Below are positions 27,101-39,100 of a stretch of DNA of 64,000 nucleotides, piece after piece. The translations under genes and the position numbers were made by a program. The first letter of the stretch is position 1; each line of letters begins with the position of its first letter. This DNA comes from Antedon mediterranea (taxonomy: Eukaryota; Animalia; Echinodermata): assembly GCF_964355755.1 (NCBI RefSeq), contig NC_092671.1, forward strand, positions 19,530,001 to 19,594,000. The letters run 5' to 3'. The notes under the pieces were generated by a model that worked only from the letters and a program-made list of their open reading frames with translations, did not search any database and was not told the DNA's origin.

Positions 27101-30100
27101 TAAAAGAAATAGTAGATATAAAAACATCTTATCTAATATCAGCATTAAAAATCAAGAGTTACTTAAGATACTAAATGAATAAAAATAAAATTATTTATAG
27201 CTACTACCGATTTATTTAGATTTGTAACTAAAAGTTTCTTATTCAGAAAAACAAAAATAATCCTGAATGAACTAAATAATTAATACAAACACACTTTCGC
27301 AATGCTAACTAAACTACAAGCCTATTATAATATACACGTTACTCACGACAACATCACTATACAAATCACAAATAAATTAAAACAAAACAGATAAATCCAT
27401 ATAACACAAACAAGAGAATTAATGTTCCAATGAAGATAATAGTAAACAAAATATAATAATGTTCAACAGACTCCTCAAAACAATGAATAGTAAGGAATAA
27501 ACAAAAACAGGTAATACTTGGCAACATGCCAACCGGTCTTACATGTATCTGCAATGTCACTCGATTCTTGGACCCCAGAGGTACTGACTGTTGCTAAGCA
27601 ACAAGAAAGAAGACAATATTACTGTAAGCTGTTTAGCTTCCAAAGAAACACAAATGAATAAAAAATAATTTCTTCACCAAATAGTTAATTTCCATTCATA
27701 TATGTGATTAAAACCACAAGGATAGGAAGCATCTCATTGGCAGGATTTCAATCCATTTTGTTGATCTCAGCAAAAAGATTAGGATCTTAAAGTGCTTTGT
27801 TAAAATAATACAGGATTGAAAAATTAAATAGGTTTATGTCATCAAATGCACTGCTCTTTTTTTTAGACACATTCCAAAATTTAGACAATTAAAAACATTA
27901 AACAAATTGTCACAGAAACACTACTAACACATTGAAAAATATCATTCAAAAAACATTCAAAATAAATAATAAATACTCATAAACAAATATATAGAACATC
28001 TAAGAAAAATAAGTATTCAAATTCTACAGGTTACTTTCAACATGTATAACAGATACATACACACAGAATATTAAGTCCATCAACATTAGAAAGCCAGTCA
28101 CAGTCAGGCACATGAGTTGGAGGTCAGAATCCAGAGATAGGAGGAGAAATTGTTGATGATAGTAATGATGGAAATGTCTTAATATGAGGATGAAGAGGGT
28201 GAGCTGAGGGTGAGCTGAGGGTGGTAGGCAAGGGCTAAAGATGCAATTCAAACTTAAGGTGAAACAAATATGGACTGAAAATTATAACATTATATCTTAA
28301 AAATAGAAATCAATTAATTTTTAATTAACAAAAGGCATTTAAATGATAATGTGCAGTTCATAAATTAAAAAGTGTCAAAAATTATAAAACTTTTAATTAA
28401 AAATTAAGGTTTGGGTAGATATAAAAAAATGCAATTAAAAATATTTTTTTGGTAAATTAGAATAGTATAGTATAAATAAATAAAAATTGTATTGTATTTA
28501 TTAAGCATGCTTGTAATTATGTTAATTTAATTATTAATAAAGTTAGGAAAAATATTGAAATTGCTTGATTTAACCTAACATTTAGCAGAAATTAAGAAAA
28601 AACAATATCTAATGTACAATTTGATTTATGTCAGTTGTAAAATGTATATGAGGTAACTAAAACCTGATAAAACTGTGTGTTCATTTAAAATACTTGTTTA
28701 CTAAATTATTGTGTGAAAATTTAATATTAAAATCTGTGACATACAAAACAAGTATTACATTATTTAAACAATTTAAATTTTGCTTTGTGATGTGGTAAGT
28801 TCCTTTAAACTATTATTACTTGATGTATCAATTTAAATACATTCAATTAAGCATTAAAGAGAGAAGAAAGAATTAAATATATTAAATTCTTCATAATAAG
28901 TATATAATAAAAACATATATTACAACTGATATTGGCTTAAACATGCAAAACATGCTAGTATGACAGTATAAAGATAATAATGCAACATGCTAAACATGCA
29001 AGATATGCATTGAATGTAGTCACAAGAGAATCCATGCTTTCTTAATAAACCATTTGGATGCTAATAATTACACATGAATAAAAACCAATTGAATTTTGAA
29101 GCACAGACAAAGCAAGTATAACGTACAATAAAGCTTTTAGTTTACATTTACACACTCTTTTATAAATAAAGTTATATAACAAGCTGTGAATAAGTTTGGG
29201 TAGCTGGGTAGTGTGAATAGGCCTACTTTTGTTTCAATGTGTTAATCATGCACAATGATATGGAAAATAAAACTTGCAGTAGCCAGACTAATTCAATTTT
29301 TAAACGTATTTTTTTATTAGTTTGACAAAGATATAAGACAATTATTTTGTTTTAAATTTGTTTGAATATCCAATCTAAATTAATATATATTCAAAGTTGG
29401 TTTTAAAAAACGAGTTATTATATGTCAGCAGGAAAGACATTTGATAAGGTAAAACAATTGTTTAAAATTTTTCACATAATTGTAAAATATTGTATCAAAA
29501 TATTAATAAAATTAAACTAATTTTATAAAGTTTATGCATAATCTAGTTCTATAGCAACAATGCAATAACCATCAGCAACAAATTGTAAGGAAACCACTTT
29601 GATCAATTTAGTAATAATTAATAGTAGTAAATACCAATGGAAATCTAATAAAATCAAGCTTTAAATTCTCTGTCAGTAGTATTTTTTCATAATGTTTTTC
29701 AAAATAAATTAAATCAAAAACATGATTTATGATAGTTTAAAATAGATTGTTCAACTTATCAAACTTTAAATGGTATTCAAGCTATATAAAATGTAAATTA
29801 AATTTATTATTATTCAACCATTAAAAAAAGATTATAGTAACATTATATTCATAAAGCAAGTATATTTTCTAATACAGTAATAAATATTTCATATTAATGA
29901 TTTTAACTAAAATTTGAATGTTTAAAATCAACCCTTGAATTGATTTTTTGTAATTAATTAAACCATTTTATGATTACATGCAAAAAAACATGCAAAAGCT
30001 ATAGTGTGTCAATAAATAAAACTTAGGTATAACCTTTGACATACTGGCAACATTTAAAAACTCCAAGATGCAGTGGATAATGAATGAGAACTAGATCCGA

Positions 30101-33100
30101 CTATTAGCAACAAAATACAAAAGTAGCACATGCGATGGACAATGCACAACTAGAACATGCGAAAAAGAGATGACGTACGTGCAATGACATAACATGCACA
30201 TCATTATCAAACCAACGAATAATACATGCGAATGCATACATTACGTTGACACTTACTTGACTCAAAAAGCCGGTCAACTATCTCATACTTTGATTTTCCT
30301 TCACCAGCTTTATTGACTGCCCGTAGTTTGATTATGTACTGAGTTGCCGGCTCTAGATTTTCAATTATAAAATGCCGCCTATCTGCACCAAGTCTCTCTA
30401 TAACAACATCAGGAATTCGTGGACCGAACCCTAGTATATAACCGTCTACTTTGATGCTTTTGTCTAATGGGGGCGACCACCATACCTCAATACGATTTGG
30501 ATATTTATAGCATACTAGTGAACTCGGTTCAGGGGGAACACGAGACTCTACAGTGCAGTTGTGTGAACGATAGTAGAAAATGAAAAAAGGAGAACAAAAC
30601 ATTATGTTAGTAGTTAGAAAAGATTAGTGCAAAAATGTATTATTAAAGAATGATATTATAACAAACACATTGTAACCTACGACATTTGTACTCTTGAAAA
30701 AAAGTTATATATGTTCCTTACGGTATTATTATTTTGTTATTTAAAAGGACATACAAATACATTTAGAATAAAACAGAACAAAATTTAACAGTGTTTTCAT
30801 TATACAAGGTAGAGAAATAGTGTACATTCATTAAAAGCTTATAATCTTTATCTATAAAAGATGGTATCCTATTTGTCTGTAATGATGTCAATAATTGCAA
30901 TATGGACAGAGCAAATGATCATAATAAATAATTTAGATTTAAATTGTATTAGTTTTGCAAACATATCTTGATATATTTGAATATGCAACCAATCTATTAT
31001 TAATATTCCTAACACCTCTCATCTTAGGTCATGAGTTATACCCATATATAGCAACTTATCTCATTCAAACATCATGATTATAATTTATAATTTATAAAGC
31101 AACATGTTTCGAAGATTGAATATTTAAAATTTGAATGATATTGAACAAGTTGAAATATTTAACCTAAAGCCCATGTGAAATAAAGACGTGATGCTATGCA
31201 TAGGTGATGCAAATGGAAAACCCTTAGCAAGTATAAGCACTTGTGTAGAGCTTACAAGAAGCAATTCAGAATATGATGAGTGAATATTATGAACGATGTT
31301 TAAGCACTGGGAAAATTAATATAAATTTAAGAAAGAAATAGTAAATTACATTTTCCTTCATAATAAATATATTGTTTTATAAATATATTAAATTATTTAT
31401 TTACCGATTGTATACATTTAAATAAATTTAAAAAAAAGATAATTTAATTAAAAATGAATATGTATGTTATTTAGCATTTATTTAATTCGTTCATTTCAAT
31501 CATACTATATTTGAATAGAAAATTAGTATAATTTGTTATATATTTATGACATAAAACCACTTTTAAATGTGACTATAACTAAAAAATATGATATATAATG
31601 TGTAAATACCTCCACCAATGAAGTTACATTTTTTTTCTGGGATATTTATTATTACTAATTTGTATAGCTAAAGAAACAGCTCAGAAAATATTTGGAAAAT
31701 AAATAATGATAACAATGAGAGAATCTAAGTAATAAATTTGTCTAAACCAAAATTGGTCAACAATATTTTATTTACACTTTGTGTAGTTAAATATTGTAAA
31801 TAGTAGGCTAATGTTTTATATTGGTACTCACCATCAGGGGCATCAGTTACCACATTGGTAGGTAATGTTCTACCAGTAACCCAATTGGACCATGGGCCTG
31901 TCCCATTATTGTTCACTGCTAGTATTTTTACTTCATATTCAGTGTCATCATCCAAGTCTATGGAAATTAAAAACTTTGTAATATAGTGAAAATATAGAAA
32001 TTTACACCTTCTTTAGGACACCTTTTAATAATAATACGGTCTTATATAGCGCTAATGCACAAAGTTTCTAAGCGCTTCACATTATTACCACAGTCATTTT
32101 TGGATCAAACATAACTCAACAAACATACTCCCATAATGTTGCAGCCAGTAATCAGAAACTAACGGGGAAATAATGTTTTAACACTACAGCCTACTCTCGC
32201 AATACTTCGTCGTGAGCGGTTGTGTTTACTCGGACCTCTCTCTAGGCCTCAAAAGTACCCGAGCAGTCTAGGCTATACCGGGGCAAACAGAATTTTTAAC
32301 CACTTCGCATTGGTGGCTCAGGGGCACTCCCTAAGCCTAAGTAAAACAACGAAACCAATTGGTGGATTAATGGCCTTTTAATTGCGTTTTTCTCTTCGCA
32401 TCGTAGTACTTCAACTACACAACGAAGCCATTTGGTGGATAATCAACGCTTTATTAGTCTACGGTTTCAGCAAGGTAAGCGTATTTGACTTCTCACACCT
32501 GAAACCAGGAAAAAATGTACATAACCAAAGATTAACATTTTTCGACGAAGCCTTTTGGTGGATAACTTTTCTGTTATTTTATCGGATGAATCGTTTTTTG
32601 ATGTTTCTATTTTCACTTTTAACATTAACTGTATCGGTATTTTATATACCATTGGGTTGCTGAATTCTTGGAATTCCATTTGATTGAATTGTGGATACGC
32701 TTACAATTGTATTTTGTAACGTGGACGGATACAGACGAGCTCAACACGAGCTATTTTTCGAGCAACGCGATCTTTTTGCTGGTCAGATACGGCATACAGA
32801 TAACCTTCCAATATGACTTTTAGTATGGCTTCCTTTATTATCCATGCATCAGTGCTTGTTCTTTTGATTAACAATGTGAAGCATTTTCAACTTGTTGACC
32901 AATTTTTTAACGCAACCGCCGAAGAGAGATACGACATATCAGCCATTTTTACCAGGTGCAAACATTCCAACGCTAACTTTGCGGTCGCTGCAACAAGTGT
33001 CATTTTTGTATCGCCTGCCTATATTTACAGTTCCGGAAATTATCAAACAAGGAAGAATACGTCCCACATACACCGGACTTTTGATCTTAGAGGGAAAGGC

Positions 33101-36100
33101 TTACTCTTTGCTATCTTGCTTAAATGTGGTGATATTTCTCCAAACCTGGGACCCGGAATCCATCTCAATGTGGAGGAAGACTTCAATGTTTTTAAAGAAA
33201 AGGGCCTTCACTTCATTCATCTTAACGTAAGGTCAATACTGCCAAAGATGTCTGAACTCCGCCTACTCGCAATAAAAACCAATGCAGCCGTTATCTCTAT
33301 ATGTGAAACTATATTGGATAATACTGTTCCTGATGCGGAGCTCAACATTGAAGGATACAACGTTTTCCGTCGAGATCGAAATCGGTCTGGAGGAGGTGTT
33401 TGTTTTTTTGTCAAGGAAAGACTATCTATACGCGAACGCCGGGACCTGGATTCTGAAAGTATTGAATCAATTTGGATGGAAATTTTGCTTCCGAGGACGC
33501 GTCCTATTGTTGTTGGATCAATTTATCGTCCACCAAGTCAATCATATAAGCTATTTATTGACTCGTTTGAAAATATATTGGCTGCTATTCGACCAGATGT
33601 CGAAGTTATTGTCCTTGGTGACTTCAATATTAATTTGAAAAATGAATCTGCATCAATATACAAAATGTTAGAAACAACTCTTGAAACTTTTAGCTTTACC
33701 CATCTGATAAAGGAACCAACTCGAATTACTAAGTATACATCAACAGTTTTAGATATTATCATATGTAACCATTCGCAAAAGATTTTGCAATCGGGTGTCA
33801 TCCATGTAGGCATTAGTGACCACAGCCTAACGTTTTGTACTCGTAAATCTTTAAAATATAAATTTAACCAACATAAAACTATCAAAATTCGTTCACTTAA
33901 GAACTACGATGTTAATATTTTTAATGAGCAATTGACACAATCTGATTGGTCGCCTGTTCTCGATTCATCAGATGTGGACTTTGCCTGGTGCTCTTTAAAA
34001 AAAATATTTTTGTCTCTTATAAACAGAATGGCTCCTCTCAAACAGGTGCGCCTAAAACAAAAATCTGAAGAGTGGATGACACCGGAAATATTAAGTGCCA
34101 TAAAAGAAAGAGACTCGATATTAAATAAGTTCAAGAATAACCCAAATAGGCCAGACCTTTACGATGCATTTCGTAAGTTACGTAATCGCATACAAAAGGA
34201 CATAAAGAAAGCAAAATCTGAATGTTTTTTAAATAAGGTAGAAGTTAACAAAAATAATCCCAATAAACTCTGGAAATGCCTTAAAGATTTGGGATATAAA
34301 AATAAGCCACAAAAGGGTAGCACTGTTTCGTTAGATGTTAATGGGAATCTTTGCCATAATGAAAGCGAAGTTTCAAATTATTTCAATAAATACTTCGCAA
34401 ATATTGCTTCCGATATAATGAAGAAATTGCCTTCTCCCAGTAACCTTTTTAGTGTGGGTTCGAATGCCTTTAAAAATTACTATAATAGCAAAATCAAACA
34501 TGTTTCTGGTTTTTCTCTCGAAGAAATTGACGAGAGCCTTATCGAAGAGGAATTGAGAAATCTCAACCCATCTAAAAGTGTAGGCCTTGATCAGATTCCT
34601 GCAAAATTTCTTAGAGACGGAGCTCCTAATATTAAAACACCAATAACACATATAATTAACCTCTCCATTAAATACGAACGTATTCCCTCGGATTTTAAAC
34701 TCGCAAAAGTCACGCCCCTTCATAAAAAGAATTCCAGAACTGAGGCTAACAATTACAGACCTATAAGCATTCTCTCCTCAGTTTCGAAAATTCTGGAGAA
34801 GGTGGTATATATACAAGTTTCCGATTACCTTGAAAGGAATCAACTTATCTACGATCATCAATCCGGTTTTCGTAGATCATTTTCTACCGACACATGTCTT
34901 ATCCATCTTAGAGATCACCTTAGAGTTCAAATGTCAAATGGTTTATTTACGGGTATGGTTTTACTCGATGTCCAAAAGGCCTTTGACTCGGTCAATCATG
35001 ATATTTTGTGTAAAAAACTTAAGTATCTAGGATGCCGGTCTATCGGTTGGTTTCAAGCGTACCTGTCTGGGCGAAATCAGATTGTCGATATTAAAGGTAC
35101 CAAATCAAACTCTATTGAGATTGGATGTGGAGTCCCCCAGGGTAGCCTTTTGGGTCCTCTCTTGTTTCTTATTTACGTGAATGACCTACCATCTAGTATC
35201 GAAAGTGATTGTAAAGTTGTTTTGTACGCTGACGATTGTGCAATTTTTTACTCCCATAAAGATCCAATCGCAATCCAATCTAAACTCCAAAACAATCTCG
35301 TATCATGCAATAATTGGCTGATCGACAATCAACTTTCGCTTCATATGGGTAAGACCGAATGCATCCTGTTTGGTTCTAAACGTAGATTAAGCAAAGTAAA
35401 CGAATTCTATATTGATTGCTTTGGAACGACTATAAATGGATCAAAATCTATCAAATATCTAGGTATTGAGATTGACCAAAATGTATCAGGTGACGTCATT
35501 GCCCGCTCTGTTATAAACAAAGCAAACGGCAGACTGAAATTTCTGTACCGACAATCATCATTTCTTAATTCACATTGTCGCAAAATTCTTAGTTTTGCTT
35601 TAATCCAACCGATGTTCGATTATTCGGTTTGCTCATGGTCTTCTACGGTAAATAAAAATTTAAAATCAAAATTACAAACGACTCAAAACAAAATGGTTCG
35701 TTTTATAAAAAAGTTAGGTCCCCGATCTCATGTTGGTCAATCTCAGCTAAACGACGTTGGTATGTTAAAAGTCCAAGACCGTGTCGAATTTCTTAGAGCC
35801 TGTCATGTTTTAAAAATATATAATCATTGTTGTCCACCTTATTTATGCAATCGTTTTATTAGAATTTCAGACAGTCATAATTACAATACTAGGGGATGCA
35901 ATTTTAATTTTAGAATCCCAACTATCAAGCCAATGGCACATGTGACCTTTTTTTACAATGCTATTAAAGAATGGAATAATTTACCAATTAACATTAAGGA
36001 ATCACAAACTGTTTGTTGTTTTAAAAGTAAAGTTAAAAAGTATCTACAGGAACGTTCACTAGCTCTAGAAACTATTTAATTTGCGCTTCTTCTTTTTTCG

Positions 36101-39100
36101 ATTGTCCTTTTTGCTGTTTTTTGTCTTTTTTTTTATGTTGCTTTGTTTGTCTTTTTTGCTGTTCTTTCAAAGGACCTCATTGGAAACAAGTCCGTAGAGG
36201 ACTTTTATGAGTTATCCTTGGCATCCTTGTTTTATATTGGTATTTTTATATTTGTCAATTTTAATTGTATGTCTGTGATATTTTATGTACTGATGCCGAA
36301 ATAAATCAAATCAAATCAAATCAGCCAATCCTTATTCAGGGGATACCCCTATAAAGGTGACACTAAAGAGTTTCATGCCTATTACTTGCTCTCCTAGCAA
36401 ATCACGTTCATTTTAAATATTACTACTAGAAAGCAGGCATATCTATGGCCTATAGTGTATAGCATAACATAGTTTTGATGAAGCAGGGCTCTTCAAAGGC
36501 TGTGTTTGGACGTAAAATCAGTTACATGCGTAACTTTACATGTGTAATCAGTGATCGTTCGGACGATGAACAATTTACACGTGTAAAGGTCATATTTCAT
36601 CTCTTTACACTATTAAGGTCAAATTGCTCCTTATCTTGCGGTTAATCAGCTTGCGGTTTAAGGTGTAATTGAAAAATCCACCTCATGAGGTGGATTTTTG
36701 AAACAGCAAGTTTATCTCAAAATATACACACACGCGACCTATACACGTGTAAATTTGTTCCGTCCAAACGGGTTCTAAGACTAAAGTAAATGTTGGCCAA
36801 TACAATGCTTTGTTAACAAACAATGACCTTTCGGATCTGACAATGAATGAAGCGTGACAGGAGGTCACATTGCTGTCCAGAATATATAAATAGCAATTTC
36901 TATAATTATTATTTTTTATTACAAAAAGTGTAACATCTAGTTCACTTTTAGCATAATCATAAAAAACTTACCACTAAGCCTGTGTTGGGAAATTCCATAC
37001 GTAACCGTTACACTGTTCGATCCTCCAGAAACAACTTTGCGATAACGTAGACGATAACCTGTGATTTCACCGTTAGTGGATTCGGGTGGTGGTGGCACCC
37101 AAAACACCATCAACTCACTTGGTGATATTGCATCATTGTCACTAATAGCTTGAATTGTGATTCTAGAGGGTGCCTCACTTGGAACTTTAATATAAAGATA
37201 CAATAATAAAACTAAATTTACCTTATTTCTTCCAATATAATAAGAATATTATTAACAAACAATTGAAATATTATTTAACATATTAACCATGTTATAATAA
37301 TACCTAAATTTAAAACTGTGCACAAATTTTCTATGTACTTTATTATTTAGTATTACCTTCTGTATATCATGGAAAATGAATAAAATAGCGTATTTACTAT
37401 GATAAAAAAATAAAACAAAAAATAATTCTTAAAATCATAGACAAATGCTTGTCTGTGTTAACGTACCGTCAGAATATGTTTGCCCTGTTACCTCAGCTGA
37501 TGGTAACCCTTCTCCATGCACATTTACAGCTCGAATGTAGAATGTGTAGTCTGTATTTGGCATTAATCCTAAAATATTATAGGTTAGTTCTACAGTGTTT
37601 GTTGTTTCCTGTACGCTTGGTGTTTCTAAGCTCTCCGTTGGACGGAAGTATATGTTGTATTTTTTGACAGTGTCAATACCAACTTCTGGACTTAACCATG
37701 ATAATTGAGCACTAGTTGATGATAGTATATTGGCAACTAGCTCGAGTGGTTCTGATGGTGGTAATACTGCAAAATATATAAAAATTACATGACAAGAGAA
37801 AAATCCAGAATGTTGTGAAAGAGGGGATAGAACTGGTTGTATGAGGTCCTCTCACCAATACAAGAAACCTTCTCAAAGAAGCTTGTTAAACACTTACGCC
37901 CGTATTCTTAAACCGGACTTTAGTCGTAGTTCGAGCTAAAACTAAAAAAATGACGTCATTTTAATTCATAAACCGAACTTCAACTAAATCACCGACTAAA
38001 TCAGGCCAACCTCGACTAAAGCGAGACGGATTTTGATCGATTTTTTTAGTCCTGGAGGGGGCAGGCTAAATGGTCGACTAAATGGTTTTTAAACGATGTT
38101 TATAAAAAACGTAACAGTCATTGAGTTGTTATATTGGCCAGATATTGAAGAATTAAATATCTATATTTATATTAGCTTAATTAAATATACATTGGTATAA
38201 GTTATAATAATGAAAATCATCTTTATTTACAACTGTATACAAATTACATTATTTTCTTCGCGCAAGTCCGACTTGAGCTACGTCACGCCATAGCGACAAT
38301 GGGAGATGCGGCAATTCACCACGCGATGGAATGTTTAGGGGGCCTAGCGCTTTCTTGTCACGCTATGAAGTGCATGGTTCGTAGCGATTATACTTTGTTG
38401 GGGGCCTAGAAAATATAAAAGTTACCGTACCGCCATGGTTCCTAAATATATTTTGAAGATTTTATTTGTTGTTAATCAAATATACTTCACTGTTAAATTA
38501 ATACTGATATTGTTCTAATAATTAACGATTAAAATTATTTTTCATGTATATAGTCCTGATGCGTAAAAAGTGTTGTAAGAAATGGAAAGTGATATTAATG
38601 CGCAAAATTTCGTCTGCTCCTCAAATACTCTCTTGTCATTGGCCAATGTATAGCCTTTGTTACCCAGACGTGTGCAACTCGACTAAAAGCTCGACTTCAT
38701 TAAGTCGAACTGCAAACTTCGACTACTTCGTTTTTGAATCGAATTTGAAGTAATAGCTCGAACTACGACTTTTTCAAGTCGAACTTCGAACTACGACTAA
38801 AGTCCGGTTTAAGAATACGGGCGATAGGCTCACCCACCACCCTCTCCTTCTCTCCTCTTTCCTTTTGTAATTAACTCAAACTACAAATAATCAACAAATT
38901 CAGTATCTTTTTCTGTTTCCATGGCAGAATTTGATATCTAATCATTACATTCCGTTAAGACCAATTACTTACATTCAGGTTGTGTTCTAACAGTCGCCAT
39001 GGTTGTGCACTCTCCTCGTCCATAGCTATTCCATGCACACACAGAGTATTCATATTCCGTGTCAGGGATCAGATCTTTAATGGTGGCAGAAGTTAATGCT

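Noticed and set aside
32892-35030. Short overlapping or antisense ORFs inside the LINE
   Set aside because: Shadow ORFs of the RT coding sequence with no independent support.
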